Source: Elusimicrobiota bacterium | Lineage (GTDB): Bacteria > Elusimicrobiota > Elusimicrobia > UBA1565 > UBA9628 | Assembly (NCBI GenBank): GCA_016212825.1 | Contig: JACRDS010000026.1 | Span: 31,413-95,412 of the forward strand | Direction: 5' to 3' | DNA: 64,000 bases | Part shown: positions 10,201 to 17,554 of the stretch, in pieces | How the letters are laid out: each line of letters starts with the position of its first letter | Numbering within the stretch: position 1 is the stretch's first letter | Translations under genes and position numbers: made by a program | The notes under the pieces: generated by a model | What the model was told of the DNA's origin: nothing | Seen by the model: only the letters and a program-made list of their open reading frames with translations | Databases searched by the model: none

Positions 10201-11902
10201 CCGCGAGATTCCGGTGGAGAACCCGGTGGCCGACGCCGAGGCGCAGACCGGGCCCGATGGGGACTTCGTCCTGCCGGCCCTGGCCACGGGCACCTACCGG
10301 TTCTTCGCCTATGCCCAGGGCTACGCGGCCCTGGCCCGCGTGGCGGTGCTGTCCGGCGACCTGGACCTGGGGACCCTGACCTTGACCCGGGCGGCCATGC
10401 TCTCCGGGAGCCTGCGCCAGGCCGACGGCTCCGCGCCGAGCGCCTCGGAGGTGTCCGCGGCCGCGGCTGTGACCGAGGACCTGGGCGAAGTCCTCTTCGC
10501 GGACCTGGCCGCGGGCCCGGTGGCGCGCGGGGTCCCGGCCTACTCGGTCAGCGGCCTGCGGCCCGGAGTCCCCTACCGTCTGCTCCTGGTCGACGAGGGC
10601 GGCGCGGTGCAGTCCCCGCCCGAGGCGCAATCCGTGGTCATGAACTCGGCTTCGGAGTCGCGCGTCCTGGACGTCGTGTACCGTCCGACGCGGCCCCTGG
10701 TCAAGGCCGAGGCGCGGCGCAGCGGCGCCGGCCTGCGCCTGGCCTTCCAGCTCAGCCGCCCCCTGCGCAGCCGCACCGCGGCCGACGACGACCTCTCCGC
10801 CCTGCTCTCCACCATGAGCGCGGGGGGCAGCCTCGGCGAGGTCGCTCTATCGGCGGACCGGCGCTGGCTGACCGCGGTCTACACTCTGCCGGTGGGCGTC
10901 TCGGAATCGAGCTTCTCCGTGCGCCTGCGAGGCTACAGCTCCGTGGCGGACCCGTCGTCCCTGGACCCGGCCAACCCGGAGTTCCTGCTGCTCTCCACCG
11001 CGGCCTTCTTCTCCGGGGTGGACGGCTTCGCGCGGGCGCAGATGTCCAATTATTCGGGCGGGAGCCTGCCGGCCGGCAGCGAAGCGGGCCGCCTGGCCCT
11101 TCCGGGCGGCGCCTTCCGCGTGGAGGCCTCCAGCTCGGTGGAGGTCACCCTGCAGGTCTCGGCCGAGCCCCTGGCCAGGCTGGGCGCGGCGGCGGGGCCC
11201 CTGGGCACGCGCTTCCAGCCCTCGGCCTACCCGGCGCCTCTCCTGCGGGCCCTGGCCGCGGCGCCTCCGGACGTGCGGCCGCAGAGCTCCTTCTACGACG
11301 TGTCACTGCCGGCGGGAGTGAACACATCCCTGGCCCGGCCCGTGAAGCTGACCCTGGCCTACCCTGCAGGCGCGGACCCCTCCCGGCTCAACCTCTACTG
11401 GTACATTGCCGCGGCCAACCTCTACATCCTCCAGCAGGACGTCACGGGCGCTCCGCCCGTGATCGACGCGGCGAACCGCACCTTCACGGTCCACGTGAAC
11501 CACTTCTCGACTTTCGTGCTCTTCGAGACCGGGGTGGCCGTGATCTCGGGCAGCGCCTTCGCGGGAGGGGACGTCGAGGTCTTCAACTTCCCCAACCCCT
11601 TCGACCTCAGGGATAAGACGGTCATGGCCATCCACCCGGCCGCCGCCCTGACGACGCGGGGGACGGTGATCCGGGCGGCCCTGCCCGCGGACGCGGGGGG
11701 GGCCGCCGCCATCCACATCTACACCGTGGCCGGGGAGCGGGTGCGCACTTTGGACCTGGGACTCCTCGACGGCGGGGCCTACTATTATCAGTCCTGGGAC
11801 GGCCGCAACGACCAGGGCCGCGACGCGGCCACGGGCGTGTACCTCGGCGTGCTCAAGGTCGGCAGGCGCACCAAGACCTTCAAGATGGCGCTCATCAAAT
11901 GA
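1277..11902 (+). CDS. Giant secreted cell-surface protein of about 3,540 aa. It has an N-terminal Gly-rich beta-helix region, many Ig-like and carboxypeptidase-regulatory-like repeats, and a T9SS-type C-terminal sorting domain (Por_Secre_tail / FlgD-Ig-like)
   Basis: The reading frame is open from 1277, directly after the upstream stop (TAA 1273-1275). The segment 1277-1345 encodes IKLSALLAAACLFLAGGAASA, a signal peptide, followed by the W-T-G-G-N-G-D-G-N-W motif typical of large beta-helix adhesins. The first canonical start is GTG 1427. The C-terminus (...AIHIYTVAGERVRTLDLGLLDGGAYYYQSWDGRNDQGRDAATGVYLGVLKVGRRTKTFKMALIK) matches the T9SS CTD pattern. Confidence 0.8.
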   Translation: MKLSALLAAACLFLAGGAASARTWTGGNGDGNWSQPPNWNPIGVPIIGDDVIIDMSTTVFISAGAAIPPLNSLTLGDAGGSFAPTLWLSTGIAVSGPGGVSRFYAGATLLADTSAQLTFTNLVLAAGSSITYTRPGASGPPPAGSGAFINLRILDTLTVQAGATITAYGLGYPAVGGPQPGATAIYGGGGGGHGAAGGLGGQPGAGGGVGGQSYDALITPGDYGSGGGLGANIRPAAAGGGFILIDAGSATIDGLITVSGADAPAAADWGGGGGAGGAVRLRAAYLYGQGSILAGGGAGGSGALGGGGGGAGGRIAVAVTGPYDTLTSTLTIRPWGGAGGGGPDPGVWGSTGSVHMNPAHWTGGAGPASPNAVFFANWYATAPAAGVTVVFGSSGTTDCFWDLPFTVVMGSVALLAAYPSTVTIANNLAVSGSWTMAGGTVAMTGGLNLFVGGDVAQSGGRFAMPAGTFVLSGNNPQNASFTPDSFFNNFTANAPPAGVGNLNLLSDLAVRGNMGVGLNNTLVLGAGRTLRVGGNWPWVGMGRISADPASQIVADGSAVQIWQTPPNGLGRLRVSNTGGGVSLAAGSWTLGGPGASSELLVDTAAVLSIAGSSLSVSGDWLNYGSVDVSASTVAFISAAADQYIVAGASFNIVAVNKPGRTLSLSTEAVVASSVSVNGGTFDLLSSTITVGGDWLQTPAALVRGGASTAIFRGTRSQRLTLLAGSSFYNLISSASGSAVILSSHLVVANRLEVGGGTLQISSRTVLVLGDVAQGLGSTVVSGGSTVTLAGAAPQSLGAWALDTVVIDNSDPAGVRLSTDLVVGSSFTILSGRAFDAADRRLTMRGSGWQTAGAVYLSSNPAHAVRWDPAGGTLWVAAGSTVNARVTVSTNATVRLLGDLDLRGFGNLLDVQAGASIINAAGGSSITFHDTADLAPSAGVNWTYGGNVGQSWLVFEGTGSARGAAISSNTLGNLMVRLSGATSTFTHPDLALSSHVVVASGVFKPAGNRTLTLKGDFLQTGGTIDYVSAGTGTVRLAGSGPQAQRVSLAAGHALQAFTLAGSTQVTALSDLNIRGDFRVLGGTFAAGANILSVGGAFYAPSSAAFLAQGSTLTLDGGRNIPPATFQSLTYAAGQTFHGLSVEVSSAAFSAGFQADAFTSRVAGSTLAFASGATSTVGDLRLSGSPGGGRIILRPITPAVPWRLAVLAFSSASAVDVSSCDASVGLTVQANDGKSLDSGGNSNWNFKPSLRVLPPGPQQAGTPFGVAVQAVDSSSNPVASAAFPVALTWTELYVSTPPPQSLVNGATVFSNVVLRTAQTTTISPQPDAQAYSVAGTAVAVGPGPLARLQLLLPGESPQPGSFPGKAGQVEVIAAGQPILVRVRGTDPYWNLDPVAPADLVQVSTTAALASNLPQSTALAAGATAFTSVVFLSSASGVTLAASDLSNGAVTGDVSTVFSVFAAQSSSPTLSISIPAYSLVLTLGGAISGTAADTVAVSRVSVAVQRKDSGLFFTWIPPAFGSASPVFSTAAVVPYLGTPVQWSLPFADAALSDQTSYYVLARATNPSSNLTVAESTFTFSTSTLQGGSAADGGGAAVALTSAAYGCQLLVSTVVFTAGPLGISPGGAVAVHWPDGWTRPLSTGAADPPSAPGVLFVGAAGYSIDFSPPAAGSTTLGDNWVVWRPGAGLAPGASVVFKLLGLPPAGLSGSAAGFQVLTQGGPQGRLKSIAAPPALPLPAGPAARVVFEPSGPLALGLLQDSATMQVRVTDLCGASTVTVAMTTVSLAAGAPGNPDYTALFFSTGGTALAGPSLYIPVGRSSSSAQFYYRTSTAGVSSELLMASAVSLSTALVPAARPVSLLPAGAAFTGVSVDTGVATPGLSTVTLAAGASSGAVVGFTPPDLSLRWTVTISTSQADPVRAVFQRSGTGDPGRSVVWTGLDESAAPSRWAAPGSYVVRLCLDGCAVADRSLRVVLSPAAFLFGTVRSTGAYAAVRAYGPGASYGSFAAASATGYFELRGLQNGGLYTVQASTTVSSMGQSVPLSVSSSGVTASAAGVDIGSIPSPPPARLRPALRRPWAAPGELWGSVRLHDAGYVRTALGTLHYSSASMSSDDGARAFGGTSSTWTVLAAPPGVYDAEFSVPGVGLSTRVAGLALAAGTLTDLPLSLGRKAEVSGSVVLPATTTFGAWVSVEARLAGSSVPAAFGGAAVPCASCGPVPDLKSAAYALYGLDPGTWTFTARSPGLLAASSTAYLAQGQALAGLDLALSSAGALSGSLTVRGDTSGLGGNCPGGGPGLCLLAEAWSPATFAAASARVVLSTGPAPAVSTFSIAGLADGEYLLTARLGGYNDARSSASVAGGTGTAALVLTRDDAHLAVALRLPGGPHPVSDFQRAALLLRRPGAAPLVIPDLTAGTTVDFHPSSAVWHSPSLPPGDYLCDAFYGRTGMWAGAGALLTQGATAVLSLDLSAATASLRGQVSWAGGVSFASGSFTVSVSSLPGLAAFSRTSRYCLLGSTVPVSVAALHLELLPVRPRAGVPAVLSGPLYPAPSTGCAALALSDPDGGPNPAHGYVAAIAPDGSFLFSDVPPGQYLLRSNAELDDNPGDGAELAVAAQRVVVSTGSAPVAVRLEAGSGISGAVVLPPQTSVSRGFSVVLRDAAGTALGEAIADTGGTGRAPYLFDRVADGSYLVTVQDLGTPAAYAGAARAVQVAGLALSGIDLPVSMTGALRGRLALETQRPDGTRAFVLLGPGGEVLLPADFRIEAHADPWFPGGFGETAGLDGSGAFTVSGLLPGIYELRFLSGDTAAGAASGGISLAPSRLPGLVVAGGRTTDAGTARLLSGVNLRGRVVDAGGAGIAGVPVAARPSSQQGGGAAAASALSDSSGAFILGGLDPRTRFYDLTAADRGRTAPGDSLVPYQSAALLGVDLSSAPAPVLRLSPAPYSIRGRLAAPAGGPALSWPFGSRGVSAPGALVSLQRYREIPVENPVADAEAQTGPDGDFVLPALATGTYRFFAYAQGYAALARVAVLSGDLDLGTLTLTRAAMLSGSLRQADGSAPSASEVSAAAAVTEDLGEVLFADLAAGPVARGVPAYSVSGLRPGVPYRLLLVDEGGAVQSPPEAQSVVMNSASESRVLDVVYRPTRPLVKAEARRSGAGLRLAFQLSRPLRSRTAADDDLSALLSTMSAGGSLGEVALSADRRWLTAVYTLPVGVSESSFSVRLRGYSSVADPSSLDPANPEFLLLSTAAFFSGVDGFARAQMSNYSGGSLPAGSEAGRLALPGGAFRVEASSSVEVTLQVSAEPLARLGAAAGPLGTRFQPSAYPAPLLRALAAAPPDVRPQSSFYDVSLPAGVNTSLARPVKLTLAYPAGADPSRLNLYWYIAAANLYILQQDVTGAPPVIDAANRTFTVHVNHFSTFVLFETGVAVISGSAFAGGDVEVFNFPNPFDLRDKTVMAIHPAAALTTRGTVIRAALPADAGGAAAIHIYTVAGERVRTLDLGLLDGGAYYYQSWDGRNDQGRDAATGVYLGVLKVGRRTKTFKMALIK

Positions 11903-12852
11903 GGAAGCTCTGTCTGATGACGGCGGCGCTTCTCCTCGCCCCTCCGGGGTCCTTCGCCAGGGGCTCCGCGGACAAGGGCACCAGCGCGGCCGCCTTCCTC
12001 AAGCTGGGCGCCGGGGCCCGGGCCTCGGCCATGGGCGGGGCCTTCGCGGGCGTGGCCGACGACGCGGCGGCCGCCTACTACAACCCGGCCGGCCTGGCCT
12101 TCCTGAAGCGGCCGGAAGCGACGGGCATGCACGAGAGCCGCTACGCGGGCCTGGCCTACGACTACGCGACCGTGGCCGTGCCCCTGCTGGCCTGGGTGGA
12201 CACGCCCCGGCAGCGCAACGCCCGCGGCGTGGCCGCGCTCTCCGTCTACAGCCTCTCCGCGGGGGGCATCGAGCGGCGCGGGACCACGGAGACGGACCAG
12301 CCTCTGGACACCTTCGGGGCGCGGGACTTCGCCTACGCCCTGAGCTACGCCTACAACCCGGCCGGCACGGGGCTGGGGCTGGGCGGCACGGCCAAGGTGG
12401 TGGATTCCTCCATCGACCGCGCCTCCGGACGGGCCCTGGCCGTGGACGCGGGCGCGCTCTACCGGGCGGACCGGCTCTCCGCCGGCCTGGGCTGGCGCCA
12501 CCTGGGCACGCGGCAGAAGATCGGCAGCGTCGCCGACCCGCTGCCCTTCGCCTGGTTCGCGGGCGGGGCCTGGCGCTTCCCTGGCGGGCTCCTGGCCTCG
12601 CTGGAGCTGGACCTGCCCCGCGACGGGAACCTGGCCGGGGCCGTGGGCGGGGAGTACCGGCACGAGTTCGGGCGGCGCCTCTCCGGGACCGCGCGCCTGG
12701 GCTTCAACAGCGGCGTCCGGGACCCGGGGGGCTTGAGCGGATTCTCCCTGGGCTTCGGCCTGCGCTACGACATGGCGGACCTGGACTTCGCCTGGCTGCC
12801 GGGCGGCGAACTGGGGGATTCCTTCCGGTATTCGCTGCTGGTGCGGTTCTGA
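11899..12852 (+). CDS. PorV/PorQ-family (FadL-like) outer-membrane beta-barrel. Putative cognate T9SS partner of the upstream cargo
   Basis: Signal peptide. N-terminal motif AAFLKLGAGARASAMGGAFAGVADDAAAAYYNPAGLA, characteristic of the PorV/PorQ/FadL family. The C-terminus ends in F. Its start overlaps the stop of the giant gene (ATGA). Confidence 0.55.
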   Translation: MRKLCLMTAALLLAPPGSFARGSADKGTSAAAFLKLGAGARASAMGGAFAGVADDAAAAYYNPAGLAFLKRPEATGMHESRYAGLAYDYATVAVPLLAWVDTPRQRNARGVAALSVYSLSAGGIERRGTTETDQPLDTFGARDFAYALSYAYNPAGTGLGLGGTAKVVDSSIDRASGRALAVDAGALYRADRLSAGLGWRHLGTRQKIGSVADPLPFAWFAGGAWRFPGGLLASLELDLPRDGNLAGAVGGEYRHEFGRRLSGTARLGFNSGVRDPGGLSGFSLGFGLRYDMADLDFAWLPGGELGDSFRYSLLVRF

Positions 12853-12860
12853 GCGGCCGC

Positions 12861-13328
12861 TCAGTCCACGGAGACCAGCTCGGAGCCGTCTTCCATGGCT
12901 TTGGCCGCGGCCTTGCGGCCTTCGCCCCAGTCCTTGCGGGACTTGGCGATGACCTTGAGCTGGGCTGTGGGCTTGACCGCGGTCTCCTGGGCTGGGGCAC
13001 CCTTGTCGTCCCGGGCCGCCAGGCCGGCTTCGGGCTTGAGGCCGGAGAGGGCGTCTTCGGACGGGTTGGAGTTGAGGGCGTCCTTGAGGTCGCCGGAGAG
13101 TTTGAGGTCCAGCTCAGGCATCTGCAGCTCGATGGACTGTCCGCTGGCGATGCGCACCGCCGCGGTGATGCCGCCGTTGCGCTGGGTGAGCTGGCGGTGC
13201 AGGATCTGGCGCATGAGAGGGTCCTGGCTGGCCAGGGCCGATTCCTTGGAGGCGGACGCGGCGGGTCCCCCGAGGACCGGGGCCGCCGGCATCGCCGCCA
13301 GGAGCGCCATCAGGATGATCTGTTTCAT
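12861..13328 (-). CDS. Hypothetical secreted protein, 155 aa
   Basis: Signal peptide MKQIILMALLAAMPAAPVLG. No recognisable domain. Confidence 0.45.
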   Translation of the reverse strand: MKQIILMALLAAMPAAPVLGGPAASASKESALASQDPLMRQILHRQLTQRNGGITAAVRIASGQSIELQMPELDLKLSGDLKDALNSNPSEDALSGLKPEAGLAARDDKGAPAQETAVKPTAQLKVIAKSRKDWGEGRKAAAKAMEDGSELVSVD

Positions 13329-13424
13329 GTTCGCCTCTGCCCATAGGATAGCCGGCGGGAGGAGTCCGCGGCAGAGTCCTTGGTCCTTGGGGGGTCTAGG
13401 ACGAAAGTCCTATGCGGGGAAGGG

Positions 13425-14531
13425 CTATTTGCAGGTGCCGAAGAGACATTCCTTCTTGCGGACCGGGTCGGTCTTCTTCACGTCGGCGGACTGGCCGTCG
13501 AAGGCCTGGCGGCCGGAGACCCCGTCGTCCGCGGCCCCGGAGAGCTGGCTGGTGATGGCCTTGAGCAGGGCCGGGTCCTGGCGCAGGGCGCGCAGGTCCG
13601 TGGCCGAGGCGTTGCTGGCCAGCAGGGCCCGGTCCCTGAGGAAGGGGGACGAGTCCACGATACCGCCGATGAGCCAGGGGTCCTGGTCCTCGCCCGAGAG
13701 CCCCGACAGGCCGCTCCGCGCGTAATCCAGGCCGGGGTTCCGGTCGCGGCCCGTCCCGGCCGGGGGTCCCAGCGCGGCGCCGGACCGGTCCCGGTCCGGC
13801 GCGCGGCCATCGTCGGACCCTGCTTCCGGGGTCTGCTTCCAGAGCGTCTGCCCGCTCATGTCCCTGCCTTCGTTCGGGGGGGCGGGCGAGGGCGAGTCGA
13901 TCCCCACCCGGTCCCCGGCATGGGGGGATGCTTTCGAACCCCCGTCGTTCATCGCCACGACCGGAGGGCCGCCGGCGTCCCCGCTGTTGAGGAACATGCT
14001 GACTTCCTTGTTCCCGCTCTCGATGCCCTTGTCCGCCGCCTTGCCGGGGTCGGCGGACTGCTTCGCTTCGGTCTGGGCCTTGGCCAGGGTGCCCTCGATG
14101 TCCTTGAGGCACGCGGGGGACTGCAGGCAGTAGTCGAGGTCGGCGCCCGAGCTCGTGGAGCCTCCCGGGCAGTCGCTGAGGCACTGCAGCCAGTTCTGGT
14201 TGTTGAGGAACTTGTAGTCGCCGCCTTTGGCGTCCTGATATCTGGAGAGGAAGTCGGCCGTCTGCGCCTTGCACTTCGCGTCGTTGTCAGCGCACTTCGC
14301 GTTGATGAAGACCCAGTTGTCGGGGAGCTTGTAGGTGACGTCCCCGATCCTCACGGTGCGCTGGGCGATGGCGCCCGAGGAGGAGGAGACCTCTTTGCCT
14401 TCGTCGCAGACCGGCTGGCGGTCCAGGGTGAGGGCTTTGGGCTCGGAGCCGTCGGGGCACTTCGGGCCCGCAGCCTGGGCCGAGGCGCCCAAGACCGCCG
14501 CCAGCGCGAGATACGCCGTCACGGGAAGCAT
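13425..14531 (-). CDS. Hypothetical secreted Cys-rich protein, about 369 aa, with a long low-complexity disordered middle region
   Basis: The internal Met at 14531 starts a signal peptide, MLPVTAYLALAAVLGASAQA. About 10 Cys sit in the first 170 aa. A G/S/D/P-rich linker follows. The C-terminus is ...KKECLFGTCK. Confidence 0.5.
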   Translation of the reverse strand: MLPVTAYLALAAVLGASAQAAGPKCPDGSEPKALTLDRQPVCDEGKEVSSSSGAIAQRTVRIGDVTYKLPDNWVFINAKCADNDAKCKAQTADFLSRYQDAKGGDYKFLNNQNWLQCLSDCPGGSTSSGADLDYCLQSPACLKDIEGTLAKAQTEAKQSADPGKAADKGIESGNKEVSMFLNSGDAGGPPVVAMNDGGSKASPHAGDRVGIDSPSPAPPNEGRDMSGQTLWKQTPEAGSDDGRAPDRDRSGAALGPPAGTGRDRNPGLDYARSGLSGLSGEDQDPWLIGGIVDSSPFLRDRALLASNASATDLRALRQDPALLKAITSQLSGAADDGVSGRQAFDGQSADVKKTDPVRKKECLFGTCK

Positions 14532-14662
14532 TTTTCCGCCTTGCCCATTAAGTATAGCGTCCTGCCGGGTCCTGTCAAGGGGTGGGGCCCTCTTTAACCA
14601 TCCTTTTCCCGAGGCCCCGCCGCCTGTCAAGGTCCAGTATAGCCCCCGAGGGCTTGATTTCC

Positions 14663-14705
14663 ATAGGCCTAAAGACCCATCGGTCAATAGGCCTAAGGGC
14701 CTAGG
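14663..14705. promoter_or_regulatory. Repeated palindromic motifs in the divergent intergenic region upstream of the phosphohexomutase-eno pair
   Basis: ATAGGCCTAA occurs at 14663-14672 and at 14687-14696 (each has a TAGGCCTA palindrome), with GGCCTAGG/CCTAGG at 14700-14705. Confidence 0.3.
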
Positions 14706-14725
14706 GACACCGGGCCTCGGCGGGC

Positions 14726-16255
14726 TTGCCGGGCATTGCCTCGGGCCTTGCCATATGCTACTATCGCCCGCACAATATCATGATCAGATTCGGCACAGGC
14801 GGTTGGCGGGCGCAGCTCTGCGACGAGTTCACGTTCTTCAATGTCCGCAAGGTGGCTCACGCCATCTCGGCTTCGGTCAAGGAGAACCCCGATTTCGGGG
14901 CGGCCTCCGCGGACTACCTGGCCTGGATCGGGGCGGGCAAGCGCAGCCCCGTGCCCGTGGTGGTGGTCGGCTACGACAGCCGCTTCCTCTCCGAGGACTT
15001 CGCCCACGAGGTGGCCGCGGTCTTCGCCCTCGACGGCATAAAGACCATCATCTCGTCTTCGGACGCGCCCACCCCGGCGGTCGCCGCCGCCGTGCTGGCG
15101 CGCCGGGCCGTGGGCGGGTTCGTGATCACCGCCTCGCAGAGCCCGGCGCAGATGAGCGGCATCAAGTGGCTGCCTTTCTGGGGCGGCGCCGCCACCCCGG
15201 CCGTGACCGAGGACATCGAGCGGCGGGTGGACCTCCTGGGGGCCCACACCGTCAAGACCATGTCCCTGGACCGTTCCCTGCGCGAGTCCTGGGTCGAGAC
15301 CGTGGACCTGCGCCCCGGCTACTTCAAGCAGCTCTGCTCGCTGCTGGACGTCAAGGCCATCAAGCGCGCCCGGCTCAAGGTCGCGGTGGACGCCATGCAC
15401 GGCACGACGCGCGGCTACATGCGCCCCCTCCTGGAGAGCCTGGGCGTGGAGGTCGCGGGCCTGCACGAGAAGCGCGACGTGCTTTTCGGCGGCCGCGCCC
15501 CGGAGCCCTCCCCCGAGTCCCTCGGCGAGCTGGCGCAGGCCATGGCCAGGAAGCGGCTGGGCCTGGGGCTGGCCTGCGACGGCGACGGGGACCGCTTCGG
15601 CATCCTGGACGCGGGCGGCCGCTGGATCCCGCCCAACGAGGTCCTGGCCCTGGCCCTGGAGCACCTGGTGGCCAACCGGGGCATGAAGGGCAAGGTGGCG
15701 CGCAGCGTCATGACCTCCCATTTTGTCGACGCCGTGGCCAAGTCCCACGGCCTCGACGCCCGCGAGACCCCGGTGGGCTTCAAGTTCATCGGCGACCTGC
15801 TGCGCACGGGCCAGTTCGTGCTGGGCGGCGAGGAGTCCGGCGGGCTGTCCATCCGGGGCCACACGCCGGACAAGGACGGCCTGCTGGCCTGCCTGCTCAT
15901 GCTCGAGCTCGCGGCCTACGAGCGCAAGCCCCTGGCCGCGGTGCGCGACCGGCTCTTCAAGCGCGTGGGCGCCTTCCACCACGCCCGCGAGGACTTCGCC
16001 ATGACCCGCCCGCGGCAGATCCAGGAGCTGGAGGAGCGCCTGCGCGTGCGCCCGCCCTTGGACCTCGCCGGCGGCTCGGTGTGGCGCATCGACCAGTCCG
16101 ACGGCTTCAAGTTCATCCTGCGCGACGGCTCCTGGCTGGGCCTGCGCTCCTCGGGCACGGAGCAGGCGTTCCGGCTCTACGCCGAGGCCCACGACCCCAA
16201 GAAGCTCTCCGCGCTCGTGGCTTCGGGCAAGAAACTGCTGCAAGGGAGACTCTGA
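14726..16255 (+). CDS. Phosphoglucomutase/phosphomannomutase (alpha-D-phosphohexomutase family)
   Basis: Motifs FGTGGWRA, the metal loop CDGDGDR and the sugar loop GGEESGG. The true start may be the ATG at 14780 (MIRFGTGGW...). Confidence 0.85.
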   Translation: MPGIASGLAICYYRPHNIMIRFGTGGWRAQLCDEFTFFNVRKVAHAISASVKENPDFGAASADYLAWIGAGKRSPVPVVVVGYDSRFLSEDFAHEVAAVFALDGIKTIISSSDAPTPAVAAAVLARRAVGGFVITASQSPAQMSGIKWLPFWGGAATPAVTEDIERRVDLLGAHTVKTMSLDRSLRESWVETVDLRPGYFKQLCSLLDVKAIKRARLKVAVDAMHGTTRGYMRPLLESLGVEVAGLHEKRDVLFGGRAPEPSPESLGELAQAMARKRLGLGLACDGDGDRFGILDAGGRWIPPNEVLALALEHLVANRGMKGKVARSVMTSHFVDAVAKSHGLDARETPVGFKFIGDLLRTGQFVLGGEESGGLSIRGHTPDKDGLLACLLMLELAAYERKPLAAVRDRLFKRVGAFHHAREDFAMTRPRQIQELEERLRVRPPLDLAGGSVWRIDQSDGFKFILRDGSWLGLRSSGTEQAFRLYAEAHDPKKLSALVASGKKLLQGRL

Positions 16256-16259
16256 GCCT

Positions 16260-17552
16260 ATGGCCAAGATAGACGCCGTCCGCGCACTGGAGATCCTCGA
16301 TTCCCGCGGCTTCCCCACGGTGGAGGCCGAGGTCCGGCTCGACGACGGCACCGTCGCCTCGGCGGCCGTTCCCAGCGGCGCCTCCACGGGCGAGCACGAG
16401 GCCGTGGAGCTGCGCGACGGCGACAAGGCCCGCTTCGGCGGCAAGGGCGTGCTCAAGGCCGTCTCGCACGTCGAGGGCCCCCTGGCCAAGCTGCTCAAGG
16501 GCAAGGATGCCAAGGACCAGGCGGCGCTGGACCAGGCCATGATCGCTGCCGACGGCACCCCCAACAAGGGCAAGTTCGGCGCCAACGCCATCCTCTCGCT
16601 CTCCATGGCCATCGCCCGGGCCTCGGCGGTCTCGGCCAAGCTGCCCCTCTACGCCTACCTGCGCAAGGCCTACGGCATCCCCGAGGGCGAGTGGCTGCTG
16701 CCCACGCCCATGCTCAACGTCATCAACGGCGGCAAGCACGCGGACTCCGGCCTGGATGTGCAGGAGTTCATGCTGGTGCCGGCTGGCGCCGCCTCGTTCC
16801 ACGACGGCCTGCGCGCCGGCGCGGAGATCTACCAGGTGCTCAAGAAGACCTTGGCCGGCATGAAGATGACCGTGGCCGTGGGCGACGAGGGGGGCTTCGC
16901 GCCCCAGCTCAAGGACCACGCCAGCGCGCTCGACGTGCTCACCGACTCCATCGCCAAGGCCGGGTACAAGGACAAGGTCCGCCTCGGGCTGGACTCCGCG
17001 GCCAGCGAGTTCTATAAGGACGGCTCCTATGTGTTCGAGAAGAAGCCGCGCACCGCGGCCGAGATGACCGAGGTCTACGGCGGCTGGCAGAAGAAGTACG
17101 GCATCATCTCCTTCGAAGACCCCCTGGCCGAGAACGACTGGGCGGGCTGGAAGGCGCTGACCGGCGAACTCGGCGCGGGCGTGCGCATCATCGGCGACGA
17201 CCTCTTCGTCACCAACCCGGAGTTCCTCCAGCGCGGCATCCAGGAAAAGGCGGCCAACGCCATCCTCATCAAGCTCAACCAGATCGGCACCGTGACCGAG
17301 ACCGTGGAGGCCATCCAGACCGCGCACAAGGCGGGCTTCACGACCGTCGTCTCGCACCGCTCCGGCGAGACCGAGGACGCCTTCATCGCGGACTTCGCCG
17401 TGGCCACCAACGCCGGCGCCATCAAGACCGGCGCGCCCTGCCGCTCCGAGCGCCTGTGCAAGTACAACCAGCTGCTGCGCATCGAGCGCGAGCTGGGCGG
17501 AAAGGCGCGCTACGCGGGCATGGCGTGCTTTAAGACTGCCGCCGCCGTTTAG
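16260..17552 (+). CDS. eno: Enolase (phosphopyruvate hydratase)
   Basis: MAKIDAVRALEILDSRGFPTVEAEV..., the SHRSGETED signature, 430 aa. Confidence 0.95.
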   Translation: MAKIDAVRALEILDSRGFPTVEAEVRLDDGTVASAAVPSGASTGEHEAVELRDGDKARFGGKGVLKAVSHVEGPLAKLLKGKDAKDQAALDQAMIAADGTPNKGKFGANAILSLSMAIARASAVSAKLPLYAYLRKAYGIPEGEWLLPTPMLNVINGGKHADSGLDVQEFMLVPAGAASFHDGLRAGAEIYQVLKKTLAGMKMTVAVGDEGGFAPQLKDHASALDVLTDSIAKAGYKDKVRLGLDSAASEFYKDGSYVFEKKPRTAAEMTEVYGGWQKKYGIISFEDPLAENDWAGWKALTGELGAGVRIIGDDLFVTNPEFLQRGIQEKAANAILIKLNQIGTVTETVEAIQTAHKAGFTTVVSHRSGETEDAFIADFAVATNAGAIKTGAPCRSERLCKYNQLLRIERELGGKARYAGMACFKTAAAV

Positions 17553-17554
17553 TA

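Noticed and set aside
13380-14597. 405-aa plus-strand ORF overlapping the secreted Cys-rich gene. The same applies to 13396..14274 (-)
   Set aside because: These are alternative frames of the same GC-rich region. Only the 13425..14531 (-) frame gives a signal peptide and a structured Cys pattern.
16113-17357. 414-aa minus-strand ORF opposite enolase
   Set aside because: Enolase on the + strand is unambiguous (SHRSGETED). The antisense product has no motifs.
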